DNA of 64,000 nucleotides, from positions 270,134,001 through 270,198,000 of the forward strand of contig CM126209.1 of the NCBI GenBank assembly GCA_052327205.1, read 5' to 3'. Shown here piece by piece: positions 37,000-49,460 of this stretch (its first letter is position 1; every line of letters begins with the position of its first letter). This DNA comes from Somniosus microcephalus. Taxonomy: Eukaryota. The position numbers were made by a program, and so were the translations under genes. Below the pieces are notes generated by a model. That model searched no databases, was not told the DNA's origin, and worked only from the letters and a program-made list of their open reading frames with translations.

Positions 37000-38275
37000 A
37001 TTCACAATTCACAATTCAAATTGCTTTATTGGCATGATAAGTTACATCTTATGTTGCCAAAGCATCAAAATACATTTATGGTTTAGCACATAAACGCAGT
37101 TCTATTCATACAGTGTATAAACAGGTATATCCCTGAGTGTATAAATATACATTCGCATTGTTTATATATATTCTTTTCTTAGTTTACTGGTTGTCCCTCT
37201 GTTCATGGCAAGCTGTAACATAGTGTGCCGCCAGTGTTACACAGCTTCTCTCCTCTCCCAGTAGGAATGGGAGTTTTTGGTTGTCATTCAGATTTCTGAA
37301 ATCAGGGCATATTTGTGAGAATTTTTGGTAGAAATTCTCCCTGATGCCCTGATATTTTCTGCAGGCTGTGAGGAAGTGCATCTCTGTCTCCACTACTCCC
37401 TGACTGCAGTGAGAGCATATCCTGTCTTCTCTTGGCAGCCTGGTCTGCCTGTGCCTGCCTTTTTCGATCGCTAGGCTATGTTCGCTAAGTCTGTACCTTG
37501 TCAAGGTTCTTCTCAGTTTGTTATCCTTTACCATGGTCAGGTAATCAGCTATGTTGTATTGTCTGTTTAGGGCCAAGTAGCAATTGAGTTTGCTTTGGGT
37601 TTTTGTTGTTTCTGCCCAATATGTCAGATATTTTTCCTTTTGCTTAGCGACAATTGTGTTGGGTCGAATTCTTTGTGTTACCCTGTCACTGTCCTGGGAC
37701 TGGTTATTGTTAGTATTGTTAGTAGTTACTTCACTGAGTCCCAGGACTAGTTGACTGAGGGTATTCTTCTTTATGGTCAGCTCTTGGCATTTCAGGGCAT
37801 CGTAGTGATAGCATTGGGGATTGCTCATTTGTAGGTGATTCCAAAATTTGGTGGCTCTTTTTTGGATAGTGATTATTAATGGATATTGGCCTAGTTCCGC
37901 CCTGCATGCATTGTTTACTGTTTTCCTTTGAGTCCGGAGGATACTTTTACAGAATTCTGCATGTAGGATCTCAATTGGGTGTTTGTCCCATTTTGTAAAT
38001 TCTTGTTGAGTTAGCGGTCCCCATACCTCACTGCCATAGAGTGCAATTGGTTCAATTACTGATTTGAAAATTTTGAGCCAAATGCTAATTGGGATTTCTA
38101 TTTGGATTGATTTTTTGATGGCATAGAAAGCCCTTCTTGCTTTCTCTTTCAGTTCATTCACAGCCAGTTTGAAGTTTCCCGTAGAACTGATTTTTAAGCC
38201 CAAGTATGTGTAGTTAGTGGTTTGTTCAATTTTGGTTGTTCCTACTGTGAAATTTATTTTGGGTCCCTGATGTTT
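37000..38275 (-). mobile_element. RTE-X-like LINE, 5'-truncated, ORF uninterrupted
   Basis: YTYLGL, PIALYGSEVWG, RAELGQYP, YRLSEHSLAIEKGRH, C-terminal CSHC..ETEMHFLTAC. Tail gccAATAAAgcaattt(gaattgt)n. Confidence 0.8.
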
Positions 38276-38719
38276 CCCACCTGCCCCTTCAACCACCGTC
38301 TGCCCCACCTGTGACAGAGACTGTAGGTCCCGCATTGGACTCATCAGTCACCTGAGAACTCATTTTTAATGTGGAAGCAAGTCATCCTCGGCTCCGAGGG
38401 ACTGCCTAAGAGAAGAAGGGGAATCAAGGGATATGGGGATCGGTCGGGAAAGTGGAGTTGAAGTCGAAGATCAGCCATGATCTCATTAAATGGCGGAGCA
38501 GACTCCTGCTACTATTTTTTATGTTCTTCTGTCCTCTGGAAGAGGAGACTGGGGTCCACAGGATTAACACATACTTGCTCAGAGAGTTGCTGGAGATACC
38601 AGTCTGAACCTGGTTTACAGCTCGGTGCTGCCCTCTGTCTCTCTCCTTTTGAATAAACAAGTTGGTGCAGGTTTCCTCTCAAGCCCCAGGCCATCAGCCA
38701 GCTCACTCTATTTCAACAC

Positions 38720-40040
38720 TCCGGCCTCCCATCTCCCACCCTCCGTAAACTTCAGCTCGTCTAAAACTCGGCTGCCCGTGTCCTAACTCACACCCAGTCC
38801 CGTTCACCCATCACCCCCTGTGCTCACTGCCCCGTGTCCTAACTCACACCCAGTCCCGTTCACCCATCACCCCCTGTGCTCACTGCCCCGTGTCCTAACT
38901 CACACCCAGTCCCGTTAACCCATCACCCCCTGTGCTCACTGCCCCGTGTCCTAACTCTCACCCAGTCCCGCTCACCCATCACCCCCTGTGCTCACTGCCC
39001 CATGTCTTAACTCTCACCCAGTCCCGTTCACCCATCACCCCCTGTGCTCACTGCCCCGTGTCCTAACTCGCACCCAGTCCCGTTCACCCATCACCCCCTG
39101 TGCTCACTGCCCCGTGTCCTAACTCGCACCCAGTCCCATTCACCCATCACCCCCTGTGCTCACTGCCCCGTGTCCTAACTCGCACTCAGTCCCGTTCACC
39201 CATCACCCCCTGTGCTCACTGCCCCGTGTCCTAACTCGCACCCAGTCCCGTTCACCCATCACCCGCTGTGCTCACTGCCCCGTGTCCTAACTCACACCCA
39301 GTCCCGTTCACCCATCACCCGCTGTGCTCACTGCCCCGTGTCCTAACTCACACCCAGTCCCGTTCACCCATCACCCCCTGTGGTCACTGCCCCGTGTCCT
39401 AACTCACACCCAGTCCCGTTCACCCATCACCCCCTGTGCTCACTGCCCCGTGTCCTAACTCACACCCAGTCCCGTCCACCCATCACCCCCTGTGCTCACT
39501 GCCACGTGTCCTAACTCACACCCAGTCCCGTTCACCCATCACCCCCTGTGCTCACTGCCCCGTATCCTAACTCACTCCCAGTCCCGTTCACCCATCACCC
39601 CCTGTGCTCACTGCCCTGTGTCCTAACTCGCACCCAGTCCCGTTCAGCCATCACCCCCTGTGCTCACCGCCCCGTGTCCTAACTCGCACCCAGTCCCGTT
39701 CACCCATCACCCCCTGTGCTCACTGCCCCGTGTCCTAACTCGCACCCAGTCCCGTTCACCCATCACCTCCTGTGCTCACTGCCCCGTGCCCTAACTCACA
39801 CCCAGTCCCGTTCACCCATCACCCCCTGTGCTCACTGCCCCGTGTCCTAACTCACACCCAGTCCCGTTCACCCATCACCCCCTGTGCTCACTGCCCCGTG
39901 TCCTAACTCACACCCAGTCCCGTTCACCCATCGCCCCGTGCTCGCTGACCTACACTGGCTCCCGGTCCGCAATGCCTCGATTTCAAAATTCTCATCCTTG
40001 TGTTCAAACCCCTTCATGGCCCTTGCCCCTCCCTATCTCA
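38720..40040 (+). repeat. L2 fragment containing a 56-bp tandem array (about 21 copies, 38773-39935)
   Basis: Unit GCCCCGTGTCCTAACTCACACCCAGTCCCGTTCACCCATCACCCCCTGTGCTCACT corresponds to the L2 segment coding ARVLTRTKSRSPITPVL. Contiguous L2 sequence on both sides. Confidence 0.93.
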
Positions 40041-40584
40041 AGTCTCCTCCAGATGAAATGTGCAAGGTGGGGGGTTGCGAGGAGGGGCAGCCTGGGAGTA
40101 AAAAGCTCCAAAAAGCTGTAGAAGCTACATCATTACATAAACTTAAAACAGAAATAGACAGTTTCCTAGAAGTAAAGGGAATTAAGGGTTACGGGGAGCG
40201 GGCAGGAATGTGGACATGAGTCTAGGTTCGGATCGGTCATGGCCCTGTGGGTAGCGGAGGTGGCCCAGGGGCCGTGTAGCCTGATCCTGCTCCTATTTCG
40301 TGTGTCTCATTCTGTTAGATTCAGGAGATGGTGCTGTGATAGTGGATTGGCGGTTAGGATCAGATCAGCCATGATCTTATTGAATGGCGGAGCAGGCTCG
40401 AGGGGCCGATTGGCCTACTCCTGCTCCTATTTCTTATGTTCTTAAAAAATCTCCAGCCGCCTCAGCTGCACTGGAAACCGGTTAAACACACTAAAGTCTG
40501 ACGTAGCACATTGCAGCTCCCCCCGACAGTGCGGCCCAGTGATGGGGTCAAGCCCTGTAGTGGGGCATTGACTCCACGACCTTT

Positions 40585-42765
40585 TAAAAAATCCGTTTAT
40601 GGGATGTGGGCATCATTGGCAAGGCCGGCATTTATTGCCCATCCCTAGTTGCCCTTGAGGTGGTGGTGGTGAGCCGCCTTCTTGAGCCGCTGCAGTCCGT
40701 GTGGTGAAGGTGCTCCCACAGTGCTGTTAGGGAGGGAGTTCCAGGATTTTGACCCAGCGACGATGAAGGATCAGTGATATACTTCCAAGTCAGGATGGTG
40801 TGTGACTTCGAGGGGAACTTGGAGGTGGTGGTGTTACCAGGCGCCTGCTGTCCTTGTCCTTTTAGGTGGAAGAGGTCGCGGGTTTGGGAGGTGCTGCCGA
40901 AGAAGCTTTGGCGAGTTGCTGCAGTGCATCTTGTAGATGGTACACACTGCAGCCACGGTGCGCCGGTGGTGGAGGGAGTGAATGTTTAAGGTGGTGGATG
41001 GGGTGCCAATCAAGCGGGCTGCTTTGTCCTGGATGGTGTCGAGCTTCTTGAGTGTTGTTGGAGCGTCACTCATCCAGGCAAGTGGAGAGTATTCCATCAC
41101 ACTCCTGACTTGTGCCTTGTAGATGGTGGAAAGGCTTTGGGGAGTCAGGAGGTGAGACACTCGCCGCAGAATACCCAGCCTCTGACCTGCTCTTGTTGCC
41201 ACAGTATTAATGTGGCTGGTCCAGTTAAGCTTCTGGTCAATGGTGACCACAGAATGTTGATGCCCTGGGGCTGTGATGATTCACCTTCAACCACCACAAC
41301 CATCTTCCTTTGTGCTAGGTATGACTCCAGCCAGTGGAGAGTTTCCCCCTGATTCCCATTGACTTCAGTTTTACTAGGGCTCCTTGATGCCACACTCAGT
41401 CAAATGCTGCCTTGATGTCAAGGGCAGTCACTCTCACCTCACCTCTGGAATTCAGCTCCTTTGTCCATGTTTGGACCAAGGCTGTAATGAGTTCGGGAGC
41501 CGAGTGGTCCTGGCGGAACCCAAACTGAGCATCAGTGAGCAGGTTATTGGTGAGTAAGTGCCGCTTGATAGCACTGTCGATGACACCTTCTATCACTTTG
41601 CTGATGATTGAGAGTAGACTGATGGGGCGGTAATTGGCCGGGTTGAATTTGTCCTGCTTTTTGTGGACAGGACATACCTGGGCAGTTTTCCACATTGTCG
41701 GATAGATGCCGGTGTTGTAGCTGTACTGGAACAGCTTGGCTAGAGGCACGGCTAGTTCTGGAGCACAAGTCTTCAGCACGATAGCCGGGGTGTTGTCGGG
41801 GCCCATCGCCTTTGCTGTATCCAGTGCGCTCTGCCGTTTCTTGATATCACGTGGAGTGAATCGAATGGGCTGAAAACTGGTTTCTGTGGTGGTGGGGACC
41901 TCAGGAAGAGGCCGATATGGATTATCCACTTGATACTTCTGGCTGAAGATGGTTGCAGATGCTTCAGCCTTGTCTTTTGCACTCACGTGCTGGGCTCCTC
42001 CATCATTGAGGAAGGGGATTTTCATGGAGCCTCCTCCTCCCGTTAGTTGTTTAATGGTCCACCACCATTCACGACTGGATGTGGCAGGACTGCAGAGCTT
42101 TGATCTGATCCGTTGATTGTGGGATCGCTTAGCTCTGTCTATAGCATGCTGCTTCCGCTTTTTAGCATGCATGTAGTCCTGTGTTGCAGCTTCCACAGGT
42201 TGGTACCTCATTTTTAGGTACGTCTGGTGCTGCTCCTGGCATGCTCTTCTACACTCCTTATTGTACCAGGGTTGGTCCCCTGGCTTGATGGTAATGGTAG
42301 AGTGAGGGATATGCTGGGCCATGAGGTTACAGATTGTGGTGGAATACAGTTCTGCTGCTGCTGATGGCCCACAGAGCCTCACGGATGCCCAGTTTTGAGC
42401 TGCTAGATCTGTTCTGAATTTATCTCATTTAGCACGGAGTCAATGTTGAGGACTCCCAGGGCCACTCCTTCCCGACTGTATACCACTGTGCCACCACCCC
42501 TGGTGGGTCTGTCCTGCCGGTGGGACAGGACATACCCATGGATGGTGATGGAGGAGTTTGGGACATTGGCTGAAAGGTATGATTCTGTGAGTATGACTAT
42601 GTCAGGCTGTTGCTTGACTAGTCTGTGGGACAGCTCTCCCAATTTTGGCACAAGTCCCCAGATGTTGGTGAGGAGGACTCTGCAGGGTGGACTAGGCTGG
42701 GTGTGCCGTTGTCGTGCCCGTAGCTGGCGCTGTGGTTGATACTGGGTGGTCCGTTCGTTTTTATT
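40585..42765 (-). mobile_element. Second CR1-clade family, longer copy with endonuclease and RT parts
   Basis: QPDIVILTESYL (AP endonuclease), KAMGPD, NYRPISLLS, ALDIKAAFD. Confidence 0.9.
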
Positions 42766-43099
42766 CATAGAATCATAGAAATTTACAGCACAGAAGGAGG
42801 CCATTCGGCCCATCGTGTCCGTGCCGGCCGACAAAGAGCCATCCAGCTCTTGGTCCGTAGCCCTGTAGGCACTTCAAGTACGTTTTAAATGTGCATGAGG
42901 GTTTCTGCCTCTACCACCCTGTCAGGCAGTGAGTTCCAGACCCCCCACCCATGAAAAGATTTCTCCTCAACTCCCCTTCAATCCTTCTGACTTTAAATCC
43001 ATGCCCCCTGGTTATTGACCTCCCTGCCAAGGGAAATAGGTCCTTCCTATCCACTCTATCTCGGCCCCTCATAATTTTATACACCATTCTTATTATTTT

Positions 43100-43452
43100 G
43101 TTTCGTATCGGTTTGTTACAACTGAGTGTCTCGCCGGGCCATTTAAGAGTCAGAGAGCAGTTAAGAGTCAACCTGTGGGTCTGGAGTCACATAGCGGCCA
43201 GATCGGGTAAGGGCGGCAGATTTCCTTCCCTGAAGGACATGAGTGAACCCGATGGGTTTTTATGACAATCCGATAGTTTCAGGGTCACCATTACTGACGC
43301 GAGCTTTTTATTTCAGATTTATTTAATTAACTGTTATTTAATTAAGTGAATTTAATTTCCCACTTGCCGTGCTGGGATTAGAACTCCTGTGTCTGGATCA
43401 TCAGTCTAGGCCTCTGGATCACTAGCCCAGTGACATCACCACTCCACCACCG
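43100..43452 (-). mobile_element. tRNA-derived SINE-like repeat
   Basis: The minus strand begins ggtggtggagtggtgatgtcactgggctagtgatccagaggcc..gagttctaatcc. Homologous pieces at about 57320-57420, 60315-60370 and 60975-61100. Confidence 0.55.
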
Positions 43453-43469
43453 TCTGACCCCATAACCCC

Positions 43470-44160
43470 GGCGGGTTGGCCAATGCATCAATCACCATGA
43501 TTGGTGGGCTGGCGAACCAATCAATAAAGGGGGCGGAGTGGTCCCGGCCACACTCAGGTGATTGGTCGAAAGTTGAATTCTTTATTAAAGGTCCCGTGGC
43601 AACAGCAGGTGATTGGATCGATTTTACCGATGGGTGGAGCCAATCTGCCGAACCCGGTTCTGATTGGATAGCGTACATGACAATCATAGAGGGAGGCGGG
43701 AACCTTTTGATTGGCTGAAATCGGTCACGGGAGGAGGGGCGTAGCTCTGCTACTGATTGGGCGATCGCTTTGTCTCTCAGCATGAGAGGGTGGAGCTAGC
43801 CGGTGACGCAATGGGCAGCGCCTGTCAATCAGCATTGGCTTCGTTTGTATGGTGAATCCGCCTGTCACTCAATGCCGGAAGGCAAGGATTCTTGGCGGCT
43901 GCGGATCTGATTGGCGGAGCGTTCCTGGGGCGGTTGGTGGGGTGGATGAGCGGCAGCGCTGATTGGCGGAGGGGGTGGGCGGGGTGGATGAGCGGCGGCG
44001 CTGATTGGCGGAGGGGGTGGGCGGGGTGGCTGAGCGGCGGCGCTGATTGGCGGGCGGGGTGGCTGAGCGGCGGCGCTGATTGGCGGAGGGAGCTGTCGGG
44101 CGGGCGGGCTGCCATGGGGAAGGGGCGGGGCGCGGGGCGGGGCGCCAGAGCGGCTGGGCG
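43470..44160 (+). promoter_or_regulatory. MAT2B CpG-island promoter with 15 CCAAT boxes and multiple GC boxes
   Basis: CCAAT/ATTGG at 43480, 43500, 43517, 43561, 43612, 43640, 43663, 43710, 43756, 43834, 43910, 43962, 44004, 44046, 44079. GGGCGG motifs. TGACGCA at 43804. Confidence 0.85.
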
Positions 44161-44223
44161 ATGGTGGGCGCGGAGCGGGAGCTGAAGATCTACTTCAGGC
44201 CGGGCTGTGTGCGGCTGCTGGAG
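44161..44223 (+). CDS. MAT2B: MAT2B coding exon 1 (isoform V1 type)
   Basis: MVGAERELKIYFRPGCVRLLE|gtgagc; compare human [21 protein letters not shown]. Confidence 0.92.
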
Positions 44224-44349
44224 GTGAGCAAGCGCGGGGGGCCGGCGGCAGCGGCAACAACTCCACACCCCGGCCTCGGGCCTACCCAGCCCCGGCCTCG
44301 CCTCAGCGGCAGCCCCGCCGGGAGAGCGTCCGGGGCCCGGCCCTGGCTG

Positions 44350-45386
44350 AGGCAGTACTGAGGGGGTGCAGCACTGCCGGAGGTGCAGTACTGAGGAGGC
44401 GCCGCACTGTCGGCGGGGCGGTACTGAGGGAGCGCCGCACTGTCGGAGGGGCGGTACTGAGGGAGCGCTGCACTGTCGGAGGGGCGGTACTGAGGGAGCG
44501 CTGCACTGTCGGAGGGGCAGTACTGAGGGAGCGCTGCACTGTCGGAGGGGCGGTACTGAGGGAGCGCTGCACTGTCGGAGGGGCAGTACTGAGGGAGCGC
44601 CGCACTGTCGGAGGGTCAGTACTGAGGGAGCGCTGCACTGTCGGAGGGGCAGTACTGAGGGAGCGCCGCACTGTCGGAGGGGCGGTACTGAGGGAGCGCT
44701 GCACTGTCGGAGGGGCGGTACTGAGGGAGCGCTGCACTGTCGGAGGGGCGGTACTGAGGGAGCGCTGCACTGTCGGAGGGGCAGTACTGAGGGAGTGCTG
44801 CACTGTCGGAGGGGCAGTACCGAGGGAGCGCTGCACTGTCGGAGGGGCAGTACTGAGGGAGCGCCGCACTGTCGGAGGGGCGGTACTGAGGGAGCGCTGC
44901 ACTGTCGGAGGGGCGGTACTGAGGGAGCGCTGCACTGTCGGAGGGGCGGTACTGAGGGAGCGCTGCACTGTCGGAGGGGCGGTACTGAGGGAGCGCCGCA
45001 CTGTCGGAGGGGCGGTACTGAGGGAGCGCAGCACTGTCGGAGGGGCAGTACTGAGGGAGCGCAGCATTCTCGGACGGACCGTCTTTCGGATGAGACGTTA
45101 ATCCGAGGCCCTGTCTACTCTCTCTCGGGTGGACGTAAAAGATCCCACGGCCACTGTTTTGAAGAAGAGCAGTGGGGAGTTCTCCCCGGTGTCCTGGGGC
45201 CAGTATTTATCCCTCAATCAACATCACAAACTGATTATCTGGTCATCATCGCTTGCTGTGTATAAATTTGCTGCCGTGTTTCCTACATTACAAACAGTGA
45301 GTACACTTCAAAAGCTACTCCATTGGCTGTGAAGTGCTTTGGGACGTCCCGCGGTGGTGAAAGTTGCTGTCGACATTCGTTCTTCT
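44350..45386 (+). mobile_element. Deu-domain SINE with an internal 33-bp tandem array (about 21 copies, 44350-45066)
   Basis: Unit TACTGAGGGAGCGCTGCACTGTCGGAGGGGCGG runs into ccgtctttcggatgagacgttaa..gacgtaaaagatccc..ggagttctccccggtgtcctgg. Confidence 0.88.
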
Positions 45387-45799
45387 GGACTGGGATCGAG
45401 TGCTCCGGCCACTCCCTCAATTATCTGTCCAAATCTCCCATCTGTTTTCCCCACACTATTTGCTCCACTCCCTGCCTGGACGCTCCATTCCACACGTTCA
45501 CCTCGCCCCCTGCACTCTAATTAAATCTAATCCGTCTGAGCAGCTTTTCCCTTTTAAGCTTGAGCCTCTATCCCCTGGTTCAACAGTTTGTGGTAATCCT
45601 GAACATGTTATCCAGGTGTAATTGCTCAATTCCCATAAAAGATCTGGAATCTGGAGATATTCTCAGCCTTCTGTTCTCCATAGCACCTAGTCCCAGGCTC
45701 TTCTCCCACTGCTCACAGCTCAGATGTCTTGAGATCTGTGTAAATTTCCTTTGCTCTCCCTAATGCCTGGATCCTATCGAACCCAGAATTGAACCACAG

Positions 45800-46990
45800 C
45801 GACTTGCATTTATATAGCGCCTTTAACATAGTAAAATGTCCCAAGGCGCTTCGCAGGAGCGATTATCAAAAATTTTTTCACACCGAGCCACATTAGGTAT
45901 TCGGCCAGATGACTGAAAGCTTGGTCAAGGAGGAGAGGTTCAGGGAAGGAAGTCCAGCGTTTAGGGCCTAGGTACCTGAAGGCACAGCCGCCAATGGTGG
46001 AGCGATTAAAATCGGAGCTGGGTGAGAGGCCAGAGTTGGAAGAGCGCAGAGATCTCGGATGGTTGTCGGGCTGGTGGAGATTAGAGACAGGGTAGGATGG
46101 AGGGGGCTAGGATATGGAAGGACACCAACATAAGGATGAGAATTTATTATAATCGAGGTATTGCCAGACTGGGAACCAATACAGGTCAGCGAGCACAGAG
46201 CAGATGGGGAACTTGGTGCAAGTTAAGATACCGTCCTTAAGCTGTGCCAGTGCCTCTTACAGGGGCTAAACTCCAGCTTCAGAATACGCGGGAGAGGATT
46301 GGCGCCTGTTAGACACCCCACCCTTTCCTGGCGTATAACGGGCAGCGATCTGCTGCCGTCTACTCTCTGTCCCCACCGTTCTCCCTCGGCCAACATCACT
46401 GAAACAGATGATCTGGTCATCATCACATTGCTGTTTGTGGGATCTTGCTATGGTTAGATTCTCGGTTCCTGAGCTGTAAACTGACTCACAGCCTCAAGAA
46501 ATGGAAGGCGGTTTACAATTTAACTGCACCTCACCAGACACTTTATTTACTCTAATATAAAATGGCCGTGGGGATTTCATGATTGTGTTTGATAATTAAC
46601 TTCACACTTTAAACCTTGTGACTGTGCCTATTGTCAAAAAGCTGAACTCGAAGCATTATTTGCAAAGTCATCGTTTTAAAAATAGCTTGCATTTATATAT
46701 CGCCTTTAACGCAGTGAAACGTTCCAAGGCGCGCCACAGGAGCGTAAATCAGACACAATTTGACACGAGGCACATGAACAGATATTAGGACAGGTGACAA
46801 AAAGCTTGGTCAAAGAGGCAGGTTTTAAGGAGCGCCTTAAAGGAGGAGAGAGGGAGAGGTTTAGGGAGGGAATTCCAGAGTTTGGGCCTCGGCAGCTAAA
46901 GGCAGGGCTGCCAATGGTGGAGCGATCAAAATTGGGGATGTGCAAGTGGGCAGATTTGGAGGAGCGCAGATATCTTGGAGGGTTGTGGGG
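45800..46990 (-). mobile_element. Two L2 3'-end fragments (45800-46225, 46685-46990)
   Basis: ttgcatttatatagcgcctttaac..cccaaggcgc tail, as at 25076. Confidence 0.75.
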
Positions 46991-47314
46991 ACACTTGCTG
47001 CAGAGTCTGACCCTTCACTGGGCGGGGCACTCGCTGTTCACAGCTGAACGAACGATCTGTAATGTCTTAAAAATATTGCTTCCTGTCTGCACACTTGACT
47101 TCCTGTTATGTTTTTGTTGTATTTTTGCATCAGTGTTTCTTTGCCATGAGTAATTGCTGTGTCCACATTGAATATGGGACTTTCCTCTAACATGTCATGC
47201 CGATTGTGCAACTGCGGGTGACGGTGCAGCTTTCGAAACCGTCTGTACCAGCTCGCTGTCACTTTGTGACTTCAACAATGTAAGGTTTGATTTGTCCATT
47301 AAAGTTTGTAAACC

Positions 47315-49460
47315 TCCGCCGCTCTCCGCACCTGTCCTCCCCCTCTCTCCGCCCCGCCACTCTCCGCACCTGTCCCTCCCCCTCTCTCTGCCCCGCCACT
47401 CTCCGCACCTGTCCTCCCCCTCTCTCCGCCCCGCCACTCTCCGCACCTGTCCCTCCCCCCCTCTCCGCCCCGCCACTCTCCGCACCTGTCCCTCCCCCTC
47501 TCTCCGCCCCGCCACTCTCCGCACCTGTCCCTCCCCCTCTCTCCGCCCCGCCACTCTCCGCACCTGTCCCTCCCCCTCTCTCCGCCCCGCCACTCTCCGC
47601 ACCTGTCCCTCCCCCTCTCTCCGCCCCGCCACTCTCCGCACCTGTCCCTCCCCCTCTCTCCGCCCCGCCACTCTCCGCACCTGTCCCTCCCCCTCTCTCC
47701 GCCCCGCCACTCTCCGCACCTGTCCCTCCCCCTCTCTCCGCCCCGCCACTCTCCGCACCTGTCCCTCCCCCTCTCTCCGCCCCGCCACTCTCCGCACCTG
47801 TCCCTCCCCCTCTCTCCGCCCCGCCACTCTCCGCACCTGTCCTCCCCCTCTCTCCGCCCCCGCCACTCTCCGCACCTGTCCCTCCCCCTCTCCGCACTTG
47901 TCCCTCCCCCTCTCTCCGCCCCCGCCACTCTCCGCACCTGTCCCTCCCCCCTCTCTGCCCCCGCCACACTCCGCACCTGTCCCTCCCCCTCTCTCCGCCC
48001 CGCCACTCTCCGCACCTGTCCCTCCCCCTCCGCCCCGCCACTCTCCGCACCTGTCCCTCCCCCTCTCTCCGCCCCCTCCACTCTCCGCACCTGTCCTCCC
48101 CCTCTCTCCGCCCCGCCACTCTCCGCACCTGTCCCTCCCCCTCTCCGCACTTGTCCCTCCCCCTCTCTCCGCCCCCGCCACTCTCCGCACCTGTCCCTCC
48201 CCCCTCTCTGCCCCCGCCACACTCCGCACCTGTCCCTCCCCCTCTCTCCGCCCCGCCACTCTCCGCACCTGTCCCTCCCCCTCTCTCCGCCCCGCCACTC
48301 TCCGCACCTGTCCCTCCCCCTCTCTCCGCCCCCTCCACTCTCCGCACCTGTCCTCCCCCTCTCTCCGCCCCGCCACTCTCCGCACCTGTCCCTCCCCCTC
48401 TCTCCGCCCCGCCACTCTCCGCACCTGTCCCTCCCCTCTCTCCGCACTTGTCCCTCCCCCTCTCTCCGCCCCCGCCACTCTCCGCACCTGTCCCTCCCCC
48501 CCTCTCTGCCCCCGCCACACTCCGCACCTGTCCCTCCCCCTCTCCGCCCCGCCACTCTCCGCACCTGTCCCTCCCCCTCTCTCCGCCCCGCCACTCTCCG
48601 CACCTGTCCCTCCCCCTCTCTCCGCCCCGCCACTCTCCGCACCTGTCCCTCCCCCTCTCTCCGCCCCGCCACTCTCCGCACCTGTCCCTCCCCCCCTCTG
48701 CCCCCGCCACTCTCCGCACCTGTCCCTCCCCCTCTCTCTGCCCCCGCCACTCTCCGCACCTGTCCCTCCCCCCCTCTCTGCCCCGCCACTCTCCGCACCT
48801 GTCCCTCCCCCTCTCTCCGCCCCCGCCACTCTCCGCACCTGTCCCTCCCCCCCTCTCTGCCCCCGCCACTCTCCGCACCTGTCCCGCCCCCTCTCTCCGC
48901 CCCGCCACTCTCCGCACCTGTCCCTCCCCCTCTCTCCGCCCCGCCACTCTCCGCACCTGTCCCTCCCCCTCTCTCCGCACCTGTCCCTCCCCCTCTCTCT
49001 GCCCCCGCACCTGTCCCGCCCCCCCTCTCCGCCCCGCCACTCTCCGCACCTGTCCCTCCCCCTCTCTCCGCCCCGCCACTCTCCGCACCTGTCCCTCCCC
49101 CTCTCTCTGCCCCCGCACCTGTCCCTCCCCCTCTCTCTGTCCCCGCCACTCTCCGCACCTGTCCCTCCCCCTCTCTCCGCCCCGCCACTCTCCGCACCTG
49201 TCCCTCCCCCTCTCTCCGCACCTGTCCCTCCCCCTCTCTCTGCCCCCGCACCTGTCCCGCCCCCTCTCTCCGCCCCGCCACTCTCCGCACCTGTCCCTCC
49301 CCCTCTCTCCGCCCCGCCACTCTCCGCACCTGTCCCTCCCCCTCTCTCCGCACCTGTCCCTCCCCCTCTCTCTGCCCCCGCACCTGTCCCTCCCCCTCTC
49401 TCTGCCCCCGCCACTCTCCGCACCTGTCCCTCCCCCTCTCTCCGCACCTGTCCCTCCCAC
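47315..49460. repeat. C-rich 39-bp minisatellite (CTCTCCGCACCTGTCCCTCCCCCTCTCTCCGCCCCGCCA)
   Basis: Directly visible array with truncated variant units. Confidence 0.98.

Larger units (their letters stand above)
35770..38417 (+). mobile_element. RTE-clade LINE 3' fragment
   Basis: LQYADD, GLTLNIRKTKV, FPYLGS, LLYASETW, YHQRCLRKIL. Tail gactgcctaagagaagaa. Flanking duplication GGGGAATC (35762-69, 38418-25). Confidence 0.9.
34163..38527 (+). mobile_element. CR1 LINE hosting nested CR1, RTE, V-SINE and RTE-X insertions
   Basis: CR1 motifs from 34163 to 35769. The CR1 tail resumes at 38418. An inner CR1 3' fragment at about 34550-34931 is flanked by TAGGG. Confidence 0.9.

Noticed and set aside
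44350-45066. 33-bp repeats as a CRISPR array
   Set aside because: Head-to-tail units with no unique spacers, no cas genes, and a SINE origin in eukaryotic context.
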